A stretch of 58,176 bases of DNA, filler included, from Dimargaris cristalligena (Eukaryota), in NCBI GenBank assembly GCA_003614675.1. It is 3 parts of 3 records of this genome, joined end to end, with 100 filler letters (N's around TTAATTAATTAA, not from the genome) between each part and the next. Parts side by side here need not be neighbours in the genome. Positions count along the whole stretch, not along the records: positions 1 to 19,359 come from ML002729.1; positions 19,460 to 38,812 come from ML002730.1; 1 more part is not named here. One strand, given 5' to 3'. Both the position numbers and the translations under genes were made by a program. The notes under the pieces were generated by a model. The model saw only the letters and a program-made list of their open reading frames with translations, had not been told where the DNA came from and did not search any database. Positions 12,301 through 24,323 of this stretch are shown piece after piece (position 1 is the stretch's first letter; each line of letters starts with the position of its first letter).

Positions 12301-13597
12301 ATGACCATCATTTCCCGCTGGTTTGTCGCCAAAAGTCGCAAAGTGACTTTTAAGGTGCATATCGAGCTTCTCGAACTCATCAATATCCCTTTAGTTAGCG
12401 GTATCTTCTATGCCAAGTGGAAACTCAAGAACGGTGTTTCTGCCAGTGGCTGCACTTCCAGGTAGGTTGGTCATTTCTACTAACTATTATTTAATATCCA
12501 CCATTGCCCTTTCCTCAGGTGTTCTGTGCCATTTCCTTCCTACCACCTTTCCTTAGCGGCGGTTGTCTGTCCCCGCCGCACCCCGGCCCCGGTCCCTATG
12601 GGCCCAGCTGAAATGGGGTGGTTTTTTGCTGACCTACAGTAATGGCAGGAGTGGAGGAGGGAGGGGGCCGTGGCCCGGTCCTCGATTCATGGAATTGAGG
12701 ATTCCTTCTTATCTCACCCATCATACTTAACCCCTCCCCTATTAAGTCTCCCACTAATACTAACCACCCTGTTTCTCTTTTTCTTTATCTTTTCCAGGGC
12801 CCCGATTTCCGAGCACCGCGTCGAGTGGGACCATATCATATCCAAGCAAATGGAACTGGTCGTTGGTAAGGACGGTGTATTAAGTCCCTGTGAACTACAC
12901 CTTGCCATCAAGCAAGTTATGAACCAAGAAAAGCCGCGTAACCTAGGCGTGCTGGTCCTTAACCTGGCCGAGTACGCCAAGGAAGGCGAAGTAACGCGGC
13001 GTTACTTACTCCAGGAATCCAAATCCAACTCCACCCTGAAAATTACCATCCGGATGGACCAAATAGAGGGCGACGTGCCTTTCAAAACCCCATGTCTAAA
13101 GAAGCCCCAGTTGCCCACCACCCTGGCCGATCTTTCGCCTTCCTGCGAGTCCACCAAACTAAACTCCAAAAATCGGTCCATCTACGATAATATTCATTAC
13201 CCGTCCGACCCTCTGGGTCCCATCAAAAATCCGTCAAACTCTTATCTGGTAGGTATCCCATTTTACCCTAAATGCTCGCTATCCTTGTTTTGTTATAACT
13301 AGAGTGACCCTTACGTTTCATTCACTGTCTAGGGGGTTCCTAATGTGACAGCAGCCGCTCCGCCATATATATATATATATATAATACCATTACTAACTTG
13401 CCTTGTCACCTCTACTTATATATTCGTTTTAATCGGATATCTATTTCTTATCACCATTGGTCATACACCAGCCTTTGGCCGCTGATGGAACCCTCATCGA
13501 TCCCAATGAAGAGCCCACCTTGGATATAATGAATGAGATATTTTTCCCCTCGTCTAATCATGCCCACGCGCCGTCTCCCTCCCCAACAGTAATCTGA
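12301..13597 (+). CDS. NT-C2 domain (EEIG1/FAM102/YBL086C-like) protein; 3 exons (12301-12461, 12798-13248, 13472-13597)
   Basis: MTIISRWFVAKSRKVTFKVHIELLELINIPLVSGIFYAKWKLK..SR|APISEHRVEW..LGVLVLNLAEYA..RRYLLQESKSNSTLKITI. Canonical splice sites in phase. Confidence 0.85.
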
Positions 13598-14202
13598 CCC
13601 TCGTTAGCAGTGGTTCTTAACTATTGATACCTCTACCAGAGTGCGACTGCAATAATAGTTTAATGGCGCTTCGCCACCCAGTCCCCTGAAAACGCGCCTC
13701 CGTCCCCCACTTTTAAAACTTGGGTACCCCATTTCTTAGCTGATCAATTTCGTGCTGATTTGGGTCGGGCGGTAAATTTACCATCCCTATGAATGGGGTG
13801 TTAGTCCGCCGAACAGCTCACTGTTCGCCTAACCTCTGTAGCCCGTGCCCATCTCCAGCTGCCCAACCCACTTCTAAATATGCGTCACTCCTCCGAAGAT
13901 CCCTTATATAGCCAACAACTCTGGCCCATCTCGGCCAGCCCTTTTCGGCTCTTTCGAGCCATAAGGAATGTATTTCTAATTAGTTATTATATCAATATCC
14001 ACCCATCTGTTTATAGTCATTCCAGTTTAATGTAACTAGTCCATTTTCTTTCGTAATACCCGTGAACAGTTTTATACCTCTAAATGGTTAGTAAATATTC
14101 ACTTCATTTATCCAAAATTATGGGAGAAGGGAGTAAGTAGTATTCAGACCCGCTCAAAGTACACCAAAAATGCCAAGAACCCACCAATGCGAGATAACCA
14201 AT

Positions 14203-14643
14203 CTATTGTTGCTGTTGCCCCAGTTCCTGTAACTGTTTGGCTTGATTATCATAGGCATCACACAAATGTCCCAACCGGTACTTTAGTTTCCCGTTTTCGG
14301 TTTTCAAGTCGACAATTTCCTGGCGGAGCTGGGCCACCACTTCCGAATTCTCCGAGTCCTCGGTAGTTGAGTTAGTAGCAGTCGGGATACCTTCAGTGGG
14401 CGTGTTAGCCTGGGAGGAGGAGGAGGCGGAGGGGTTCTTCGTCTCCGTCGCTTCCTCAGCCGAGTCCACTTCCATGGCCGTTGAGGTGGGGTTGTTGGGA
14501 ACGGTGGTATCGGCGGCAACGGCTGTGGGGGCGGTGGACGAGGAGGTCCGGTGGACGTTAATCAGGTCAACGATACCCTGGAGTTCTAGAACTTGGGCCC
14601 GAAGGCCGGAAATGGCAGTCTCGATCTCAGGAACCTGGGTCAT
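14203..14643 (-). CDS. Small two-coiled-coil protein (146 aa) with an ENxKLKYRLxxL motif, resembling the ArgRS N-terminal leucine zipper
   Basis: ATG at 14643 in ACCATG context. Heptad-pattern segments at both ends flank an S/T/E-rich linker. Confidence 0.75.
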   Translation of the reverse strand: MTQVPEIETAISGLRAQVLELQGIVDLINVHRTSSSTAPTAVAADTTVPNNPTSTAMEVDSAEEATETKNPSASSSSQANTPTEGIPTATNSTTEDSENSEVVAQLRQEIVDLKTENGKLKYRLGHLCDAYDNQAKQLQELGQQQQ

Positions 14644-15343
14644 GGTGGTGGGTGGGGAGATAGCAATGTATAATAAAAGAGCAAAATGTAGGTAAATGTA
14701 AGAGACGATGAGCACACACACACTTGACGAAAAAATATGAAGTGGAAGGAGCGTGGGGTGAGGACTACTCAAGAAGCGGCCTAGGCTAGGTGGCATAGTG
14801 TCAATACTAGCGGAAGTTGCTATTGGTTGGAATCATCGCTGGGCTTTAGTGTTAGGTTGATTGATGGTAGAAATGGTAGGAAATAGCAGGACAGTGTAAA
14901 AAATGGAGGCAGTCGAATTTCCCACCGCCATTGGATAAAAGAATGCCACTGTTAAAGCAGCATGTAACTAATTCAATCTCCGCTATTATTGATATTTGAC
15001 GTCATGTATGTGGACTAGCGAGTGTAGCAAGCAAATCAAACGCTTGATCTCAGTTTTAAGTTACCAAGCAAATATCTGTTATTCCGCCTCATTAACCTCT
15101 CTCTACTCTTCACAAATATCCGAATTGAACAAACATTATTAGGAGGTGATAACATTATGATATACAAGTATATTTCCCGAGTTTGACATACATGTCAGGT
15201 CGACTAGAGGCGTTGAATGCGAAAAACAAGTAAATGCGATATACTGTAGCGACCCATTAAATAATGAAATGTGCGTTGGTTATTGACAAAATCAGTTGTC
15301 AGCTGCCCGATATCCAAACCCGGACGAAAGCCCACTAAACACA

Positions 15344-17566
15344 TTAGATGTCACACCCGGACGGCACAGCGTAACTATTGATCCGAATGCCCAACGCATT
15401 CGTAGCCCGGGTTCCCAGTCCCCGTTTCGCAAACCCGCGCCAAATGGCACACCTATATTTCCCACCATCAATTGCCTCCTCTGCCTGCACCAGCGCGTCC
15501 CGCGCGGTTAAAAACGTTGGCGCACACGGCTGAATTTTCAGTCCGCCCAAAATATACTTAAACATCAGCACGTTCCCTTTTACCGACGCCACTTGATTCA
15601 AATTGGATTCAAACCCCGCGGCCTCCACCACATTCCACAGCACCTCATAGAGCATGGTGGCCCACACTTCGCCCGCCAAATGTTCTTCCCACCACGCCGG
15701 GTAGTTGAGGTAGCTGTAGCGGTGGGGGTTCATTTCATCCGAGGTGGAATACAGTTTGGACCGGATGCCTTCGCTAGACCCCGAGGCGTACGCCCCAATG
15801 GGATAATTGGTGAACCGGGTGTCCGAGGCTTTGAGCTTGAACAGGAGGGCGAAGAAATCGCTCCAGCCTTCGCCCAGACCTTTGGCTTCGCCGACGGCGA
15901 GACAGTTGCTGTTGTCTGCGCCGCCCGTCAGACGCGTCGTGACGCCGTGGCTGTACTCGTGGATGATGAGGTCCGAGTCGAAGTCGCCGTCGCGTTTGGG
16001 GTTGGTGCGGGTGTAGGGGTCGATTTTCATCATGGGATGAACGCCGTCGGGTGGGCAGTAGAAGGACGAGTTATTGGTCCTAAATCAGGGGGGAAACAGG
16101 GGATGTAGTATAGACCATGGGAGAGATGACCAGGTCGAAAGGAAATACTAGTATCAAAAAGGGTTAGTCTTTCGTGATTCTGCGGGCACAGGGTCCTTCA
16201 TCCCATTCAATCTCCAACCACGGTCCAGCCAATTATCTGTTAAGCTACACCAGATCAAGCACATCAGAATATACATATAAAAAGCCGTTTCACACACACA
16301 TACTTACTTATCTCCGCTCTGGGCCATCGCAATCATCGCGTCACTCCTCTTACCCCCCTTATCGAAATTATTATCCTGGAAATTACCGGCCGTTTACGTA
16401 AACCCGTAGTGGTAAAATACATCATGGGCCATGTTAGTCCAATAGAACAAATTCACCACTGCCGCGTCCTGGTACCCCGTCGGATGCTTGGCCAAATCCA
16501 CGGGAAAGTCAAATACGCGGTTACCGCCACCGGACGGTCGTTTCTTAGCGGCCCAATTTCCGTCGCCCGCGACATCCGCTTGGGCGTACACGTTATTGCC
16601 CCGGGTTTCATTGATGGCCTTTTCGAACTGATTGTCGTGCTAGCCGTAGGGGGACGCGGTGCGGCTATAGGGGTCAACTAGCCGGCTGCGGGTGCCGGCG
16701 AGGGGACTGCCGTAGCCCAAAGGGAAGACGTGGTACGTGGCGTGCGATTTCCAACTGACGAGCGCGATGAGTTGGCCGGTTCGGCGGGAGACGTGGCCGT
16801 TGACCCAGTCGTTGGGGGTACGCACGGAAATTTCCCAGACCGCTTCGAGGTCGCCGGATGGGCTGATGATATGGGTGCGAAGGGCTTGGGTCTCGCCGAG
16901 GGTACCGGGGATACGGTGGAATACGTGGGAAGGGGAAGGACCAGCTAGCCTATCCGACCCAGGCTTATTACCGAAGTTTCGGTCCCTGGTCGTGGAAGCA
17001 TTCCCCAGAAATGATGAACCACCCCTATTCGCCTTGGGGGGATGGCCCAAATGAGTTAGCACCGTATAGACGGCATCCAGGGGATTAACCTCCGCTGATA
17101 TAAAGCCCAGCTCCGCTTCGCTGGAAGTTTCCGTATCGGTAATCGGGTGCTGGCCACTGGGAGCATTTAGGAATATCGAGCCGTAGGACAGGATACTGCC
17201 GTCGGGTCCGATATTGACATTCATGTTGGCATTACTAATTTCCTCCCCATGGTGCAGCTGGCGCAGGTAAACGTGGGTGAGTCCCGTATTGGTGTCAGTA
17301 TGGTGACTCTTGACCACCACCTCGTCTTGCGGTAGTCTGTACTGGTCTGCAGCAAATTGGATGGCCCGGGTCATGAGCTCAACGGGTACGAACGAGCCGC
17401 CGGGGGAAGTGGTGACCAGGGAGTCAATTTCGGGTGGGTTGATGATAAATACCGCATGCTGTAGGGTAGGGGTAAAATACAGGTTGGTGGAATTAGTTGC
17501 CCGAGCGACAGGCGCTACTGCACCCATAGCCAGACAGGCAAGAGCTAGAATTCCGATGGCCCGCAT
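15344..17566 (-). pseudogene. Fungalysin (peptidase M36) with two in-frame stops; 2 exons (17566-16308, 16079-15344)
   Basis: Signal peptide, FTP propeptide (TGLTHVYLRQLHHGEEISNANMNVNI), TRGNNVYAQ, NLFYWTN, HEYSHG zinc motif, GEGWSDFFA. TAG at 16640-16642 falls in SPYG[W]H and TAA at 16394-16396 falls in YGFT[E]xAGNFQ. The frame is otherwise preserved. Confidence 0.85.
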
Positions 17567-18846
17567 TATCTAAACCACTTTATGGTTGGATTTCACGAGT
17601 GGGAGGATGCACTAGGATGACTAGTGTAGCCTAAAAATATATATAGCTTCGCAGAATTATAAAAGAGCAAATAAATAGGACCCTTTGGATTCAAGGGTAT
17701 AAAGGTTTCAATCCGGTTTTCTTTCAGCGACATGGTAGGCTTAAATATACGGGGGCTGGGCGCATCTCAGGAGCTACTACCCCCCGGATATTAAATGACG
17801 GAAACATGTCAACACCATTCGAAGCGCATATGATACTCATCCACAAATGAATATAAAAAATTACGATCCCCCAGTATCCTTGCTTTATGAATTGTTGGGG
17901 GGGGGGGGAAGCACCTGTCGGGTGTTTAAGGGATATCTCCTAACATTCCAACTAAAACCACGACGCTTGGCGTTCTGGTGTATTATCCCATGCCATTAAA
18001 GTTCATAGGCATAGCATGTAGGAGTTACGATCTTATTCTTCACAGCTTAAGGGATGGACATAATCCTCCATCCTTACTTCCAGTCCCTTGACGGGACCCA
18101 TTGCCCCTACACTTTTTGCCCTATTAATGGGACTGTCGAAAATCTAATACTAGTAAGCATCAATGTCACTCTTAATAGCGTTTCGGTAGTCTATTTTCGG
18201 AAGAACACACATCCATATGAGTTATTTTAAAAAGCACAGGAGCGCTTTCATACTATTGGTGCTTGCATTGGCTCGCTAGCATTAGCACTACGCCTTTATA
18301 TACATTGGGTTTGCTTTTGTTTTTTTATTATTATTGCCTATAAATTGGCTATTTGGCGGAACACGGGCAAGGATAATGCCGAGTCCAATCCAATTGTTGA
18401 CAGCGCTCATGGGTTGCTTGTATCCACGACTACGGTTGCATTGGCACGGTTGATCAGGTGGTTTAAAATCATGGAATGCTCAGGTCTAAGGGGAGAAGGT
18501 AAGGCACGTGTGAGGTCTCGTATAATGGGCTACCATCTGAACCTTAAGCACAGACCCTAATGACCAACTGAATGCTACCGACAGTGTCCCAAAACCGCCC
18601 GGGCTTTGCCGGTCATAATGATGACCCAGAAATACCTGTCATGCTATAAATAAAGTCGCAAGATCTCGGGAATAGACATTCAAAAATTTATTATAAAAAC
18701 TCTAATTAAAATATCCGTAGCCAATGTATGGCTAGGCCAGCTAACTAATAGGTGAGTGTGCGAGCAAAAGTGCCCTAGCCCCATAGATGAAGTGATAAAA
18801 AGCAAGAATGGTCGAATAGAAAGAGTATATTAATGGCTTAAGCCTT

Positions 18847-19358
18847 CTAACACTCGCTGGGGATGCTCGAGCTGTTGAAGCGGAAGCCCAGAATCTTGGC
18901 CGCACGCGTACCCAAGCCCCGCTTAGCGAACGCCTTCCAGATGGGGCACATGTATTTGCCGTTAGTAATGGCCTTCTCCGCCTGCAAAATGGCGTCCCGC
19001 GCACTCAAGAAAGTGGGATTACAGGGCTGCAACTTAAAACCATTCACAATGTATTTCATGGCCAGGGTGTTTCCGGCAATGGCATCCGCATTATACAGGT
19101 CCTTCTCGAAGCCCGCGGCGTCAATCAAATTCCACAGCACTTCGTACAGCATTTCGGCCCACACTTCACCGACATCATGCACTTCGGACGTGTCGGGATT
19201 GTTGAGGGTGTTGTACATGTAGGGGTTTTCGGTGAGGGAGGTGGAGTACAGGTGGGTGCGGATACCCCGGGGACTGCCGGACACGTAGGTACCAATGGCG
19301 TAGTTGGTGGCCCGGGTATCGGTGGTCTTGAGCTGGAAAATAATGGCGAGGATGTCAC
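18847..19358 (-). CDS. Second fungalysin (M36), 3' fragment truncated by the contig end
   Basis: EVHDVGEVWAEMLYEVLWNL, GFKLQPCNPTFLSARDAILQAE, IWKAFAKRGLG. Colinear paralog of the 15344-16033 segment. Confidence 0.9.
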
Positions 19359-19359
19359 T

Positions 19360-19459
19360 NNNNNNNNNNNNNNNNNNNNNNNNNNNNNNNNNNNNNNNNN
19401 NNNTTAATTAATTAANNNNNNNNNNNNNNNNNNNNNNNNNNNNNNNNNNNNNNNNNNNN
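19360..19459. other. Artificial contig spacer (44 N + TTAATTAATTAA + 44 N)
   Basis: Six-frame-stop linker inside Ns, exactly 100 bp. Confidence 0.97.
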
Positions 19460-20230
19460 TTCGGTATGTTCCACCTAGGTTCCTCGAGCCCTCCAAACCC
19501 GACGTCCGGTGACCTATCCACTCCTGAGCATAGCGCGGGGCTCAGCCCCAGCCCTAGTCCCGGGAGAGGGGTTCCTCAAACCACCGGCCCAACAACTGGC
19601 AGGATATTGGCTACTCTAGACCTGCCCTTGTATAATATGAGAAACAAGAATAGAGTCGGATAATCTTTGGCTACTGCTATGGTGCGGGATTTTCCCGGCA
19701 GGTAATTAGTTAGTTAACTGCCGGCTATAATGCGCTGGTCAACTATTATAATAAATCCGCTCATTAAAACGGACCTGTTGCTGTGGACCATTGAACTATG
19801 CTACCCTCTGCCAAGACTTCCACGCCAAGCCATCTCTTGTTTCCAATGGAGGGATTTATTTACCCGCCCTTGGTATAATGGAATGGTCGATGATATAGTA
19901 TCTGACTATTCATTTGTGGGTGGGGGAGGGGGCTAAACACCATGGCAGGGCCCCTATGTATTGCCGAATATTGAGAATCAATTTATACAAAAACAAGGCA
20001 GTAATAGAAGACAACCTCAATAATGAAATGATAAGATAGGAGGGAGGGGACACATCCAATGATGCAGTTTATCTAGATATAGGAAATCTAGAATAGGCTG
20101 GTGTAATACTCCCACTGCTCCCTCGTTCTAGAGTTCCAGGCCTTTCAACCATGTATCGGTTGCTCCACACCTACATTTCTTTGCTGAGTTTTATTTTTTA
20201 TATAAACTTTTTATACTATTCACCTGACGC

Positions 20231-21550
20231 ATGCTCGAACATTTCGAACTTATTTTGCCCGCCGGGGTGCTGGCACAAACGTTCCACCCCCAGGGCCAGC
20301 TATCGGGCCAAGTCTCCCTAACCGTTTCCAAACCCCTGAAGGTCCAGCGCATTCGGCTACAATTAGAGGCCGAGGAAACGGTGGCCATTCGCGAAACCCG
20401 TCGGGGAACCCCCATCACCCTCACTACCAAGGAGAAGCAGGCGTTTCTTCTGTGCGGGGTGTTGGTTTTCGGCAGTCAGGAGGACCTCCCCAGTAAGCAG
20501 TGGGAAACGGTACCGCCGGGCACCCACCAGTTTGGCTTTACCCTACGCTTCCCAGCGGTGAACTTCCCGCCGTCTCTGAATAAGCCCAATGGCTGCCGCA
20601 TTAGCTATACCCTTAGGGCCACTTTGGAGCGGCCCCAAAAACTGCAAAACGCACTTGTATTCACTGACCCTGTGGAGGTGCGTGTTGCCCCCCGGTACGA
20701 GGCGCCCTCTCTTCAACAGCACTCGGTCCAGTCCGAGACGGTGGAGGACCCGGCCGCTGCTCTTTCGGCCCGTTTTACGGGCACCATATCGCTGACCACT
20801 GTGTGCCCGGGGGAGATTAGCAGTGCGGCTTTTCAAGTCGATAGTTTGTGTGAGGTTCCTATGCAAACCATCCAGTGCGAGTTATTAGAGCAGGTGGAGT
20901 GTTTTGCCACCGTACGCGGTCAGACCCGCACGTCCATGCATGAAACGGTACTACGCACCTACGAAGCGGACCCGAGCATTGCGGATCCCCCTGCACTCAC
21001 TCGCCGGGGCCATATCCATATACCTCTACCTTACGAACTTACTCCATTATCCACTCGCCAAATGGCCATCAGGTACCTCCTACAGTTCGTGATTAAATTC
21101 AGTACTGCGCGTGGGCCGGCAGGTATCCGCAAACTCTACTTGACTGTTCCCTTGACGGTGGTGCATCGGAAAACCCCGCAACCTGCATCATTCCCCAGCT
21201 ATCTCGAAGCCGGGGCGGTGCCTGAATTCGAGATGGATCTATTGCCGGAGTTCCGGCCCTGGGACCCCAACAATCCGTTTTGGCCCAAACCAGCTGGCCA
21301 GGGCAGCAGTTCATTTGACCCCAGCCAAATTCCCGACGTTCCGACCCCACCGGACACTGGGCGGGGCAACCCCGGAGGGCTATTCAAAAAATGGGCCAGC
21401 ATGGCCTCGATTCCAGCTCCGCCCAAATTGCCTCCGCGGAAACCCGATAATACACCCCCGCTCCCCCCTCGAGCCACCACCACCAATCCGGTGCCTACAG
21501 GGTCCCTGCGACTGCCTCGATTCTTTGGGCTAGGGACCTCACCCCGCTAG
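20231..21550 (+). CDS. Alpha-arrestin-like protein (Arrestin_N/C) with Pro-rich tail
   Basis: FHPQGQLSGQVSLTVSKPLKVQRIRLQL, VPPGTHQFGFTLRFP..FPPSL..CRISYTLRATLERP, IRYLLQFVI. Confidence 0.82.
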   Translation: MLEHFELILPAGVLAQTFHPQGQLSGQVSLTVSKPLKVQRIRLQLEAEETVAIRETRRGTPITLTTKEKQAFLLCGVLVFGSQEDLPSKQWETVPPGTHQFGFTLRFPAVNFPPSLNKPNGCRISYTLRATLERPQKLQNALVFTDPVEVRVAPRYEAPSLQQHSVQSETVEDPAAALSARFTGTISLTTVCPGEISSAAFQVDSLCEVPMQTIQCELLEQVECFATVRGQTRTSMHETVLRTYEADPSIADPPALTRRGHIHIPLPYELTPLSTRQMAIRYLLQFVIKFSTARGPAGIRKLYLTVPLTVVHRKTPQPASFPSYLEAGAVPEFEMDLLPEFRPWDPNNPFWPKPAGQGSSSFDPSQIPDVPTPPDTGRGNPGGLFKKWASMASIPAPPKLPPRKPDNTPPLPPRATTTNPVPTGSLRLPRFFGLGTSPR

Positions 21551-21922
21551 GAGCAGCTTGTAGATATAAATAAATATATGTATAGGGGCATACCTGTGAC
21601 CAAAGTGCCGGGCCAACTTAGTCAAGTAAAATGTCCCCTGCTTATACGTTCAAACGTCAGTGAGACGAGACAAAGAAGCACGGGTGTCTGTGGAACTCCC
21701 AGTGCAAACTAAAAAAGGCAGTCGCTTAACATAGGCTGTGGCACCTCTCCCCCTAGCGTGTATTTCCTGGGGAAAGGAACCCCCCGGTTGCCAGGGCCCA
21801 ACCGTCGCTTGACCCGTCTCATCTCTTCTACCAGCCGACCTTGCATACACCCCCCTCCCATCTATTTTCCTGTCACTTCCCCCATTTGTTCTATTTTACC
21901 CGATGCCTTTGTTTCTTTGACC

Positions 21923-22678
21923 ATGTCCGCGCCCAGGTCAGTAGCACATGGGGCACTTTAGGCCCTATACTTCCTATGCCCACTGGCTGGCCTCACCATG
22001 TATACACCTCAATAAATGTAGCCAACCTTAGCGGGGACCTAAGCCTAACATTCGTCTTCTATGGCCATTGCCCTGCATTCCTCGTTCCCTGGCGGCGGTG
22101 CTACTAGATCCTTCACCCAACGGTCCGTTTCCCGCCAACCCGGCCCTTCCGCGTCGTTTGCGTCGAGTAGCCGGACCAACGGTGGCCAAGAAGCTCGGGT
22201 GCTCGAAAACCAAAATGACGTGCGCATGGAAGAGCTGGCCAGTAAAGTGTCGGCCTTACACAAGGTACTTGAGTCCTCCTCCGTCTGTGTCCCATTTCCG
22301 CACCCTTCCACCTGTTCCACTTTCCATGCGACGAAGGTGTAGCTCATGAAGGCTTTATTAACTATACTCGACTATTCTATTGACCTGGGCTGTATATTGG
22401 ATTGGATTGGATTGGATTGAAATGTATTTCTCTGAATACGGTGGTAGGTGACCATTGATATCCATGACGAGGTCCAAGACCAGCACGGCCTTCTGGACCA
22501 GACCGACCGAACCATGGGGGTATTCGGGGGGCGGCTTCAGTCCACTACCCGCCGATTCCAAACGGTCATGGCCCAGGCCAGCACACGCCAAACCTGCTAT
22601 CTGATCCTAGGACTCTTGCTTGGCCTCTGGGTTATTTTCTATCTGTTCCGAATGATGCGACAATCGCCCGAGGTGTAA
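21923..22678 (+). CDS. BET1: Qc-SNARE Bet1/Sft1-like; 3 exons (21923-21936, 22108-22264, 22448-22678)
   Basis: Spliced LENQND..MEELASKVSALHK|VTIDIHDEVQDQHGLLD, with a C-terminal TM helix YLILGLLLGLWVIFYLF. Confidence 0.9.
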
Positions 22679-23842
22679 ATAATAAACCGAACTCCCAGTG
22701 ATGATAATGGGTATTGCCACTCTCTATCTAGACGGGGAGGTCAGAATTGACTATTTTTATTTGAGAGAAACTTGGCTTAAATGGATCAACCATTAGAATG
22801 GGATTTTTTCGGGTCGCGGGACATTTGTTTCCGCAGTTAGTTGGCCCCTCTAACCCTCTCATTCATTCAACGGTTGGTCAGCGGAGCACCTCACTTGACA
22901 CATCTAACTAAATTGAATAATCCAATAATAGTAGGCGCGATCTAACCCTAACTACTATTATTCATGTATACTCCACCCCCCCCCCCCCCCTCCAACTGCT
23001 CTAAAGAGCCATTTTAGCTTGGTGAACTATATACCCCATTAGACCAAAGCCAGGGCCCCGGAATCAGGCGCCCGGCCGCGTGACTTGCTGGGCCCACTGC
23101 GAGGAAGGCAAAGTTCCTACGGTACCAAGGGTGGAGGTTGTTTTGTCTGACCGCTGGAAAGCGGTTGTTGTTGCTGCTGTTGTTGAACGGGCCGGGCGAC
23201 GAATAAGGGGAGTGGTATAAAGCGATACTGAGGCCCAACAACACGGTGCGTGTGATACCCTCGCGGGCCAAGCCAATCACCTACTAAATGGGCACAAGGC
23301 AAGGCCTTTGGCCTGGAGGAAGGCTGACGTATAGCACAAGCAGGTACCACCATGTTTCGGCCGGGGACATCTTCCTCTGGTGGTGTGGAATGGCGCTAGG
23401 AGACTACGAGAAGCTCAAACCCGGCCCGATTGGAGGAGGAGCCGGCTGTCCCCTGTTGCGCAGGACTTGGCATGATTATCTTCTTTCTCCCCCTAGCTAG
23501 TCAGCCGGCAAAGCGATCAAGGTGTTGTGTGTATCACCAAACCCTGTCGCGACCCTCGACCCTTACAGCCTCGGTGACGGCTAGGTCGCCGTGTGCAGAA
23601 CCGGTTTCAAAGTGCTTCCGGCCGTGCTTTACGACCCAGCCCAGCCCAGCCCAGCCCAGGGCGAAAGGACGGGAGGGAAGGGTCACGTTTTGGGCCAATC
23701 CCCCCGTTCTATTAAGAAAGCCAGGCATTATACATTTATTACTCAGACCCAATTAAACCAGCCTTTCCCTTCCAACTCCGCCGCCCATTGACTACTATTT
23801 ATAATCGAGCGCCTTTCCCTCCCGCTGGTCTCCGCTAAACCT

Positions 23843-23897
23843 GACTTGACTTGACTTGACTTAACTTGGCTTGGCTTGGCTTGGCTTGACTTGGCTT
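23843..23897. repeat. Compound pentanucleotide microsatellite (GACTT)n/(GGCTT)n
   Basis: gacttgacttgacttgacttaacttggcttggcttggcttggcttgacttggctt. Confidence 0.85.
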
Positions 23898-24323
23898 AGT
23901 AGTTAGTTGTATTGTGAATCTTTCCTTCTGTTATTTAATCACAGTATTCTACTATATTGATTGGCTGCACTCTCTTAGTTTTGACGTTGACCCTGCGTTC
24001 CCCCCCGCCTGTCCACTTGACTCTGCGCTCTAACCACTTCCACCCCTTGCCCAGCCTGACACTTCCCCACTGCAGATCTCTTTCTTACTCTCTTTCCCCA
24101 CAAACGAGCTCTTCCCGGAATCCCCCCTCCACTTATCTACTCCCTCACCTTAAAGCCGCCATCTGCTCTTTTACTTTACTTTACTTTACTTGAAACCCCC
24201 AGTGGTGCTGCTACTCACATTATTTCTAACCGAGCGTCGGAGTGGGTTTCTTTGCCCACTTTCCCCTTTATCCCTTCCTTCCTCCAACTCCTCAATTGAT
24301 AGCTTTCTCCCCAACCTTCCACT

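Noticed and set aside
16640-16642. TAG at a conserved Trp as an A-to-I stop-correction editing site or genetic-code reassignment
   Set aside because: A second stop (TAA for Glu, 16394) cannot be restored to Glu by A-to-I editing, and TAA/TAG end other genes in the window normally.
19466-19663. Possible 3' gene end after the first spacer
   Set aside because: Low-complexity and truncated; cannot be supported.
23014-23791. Many overlapping GC-rich ORFs upstream of the C2 gene
   Set aside because: No coherent frame or motif; looks like promoter DNA.
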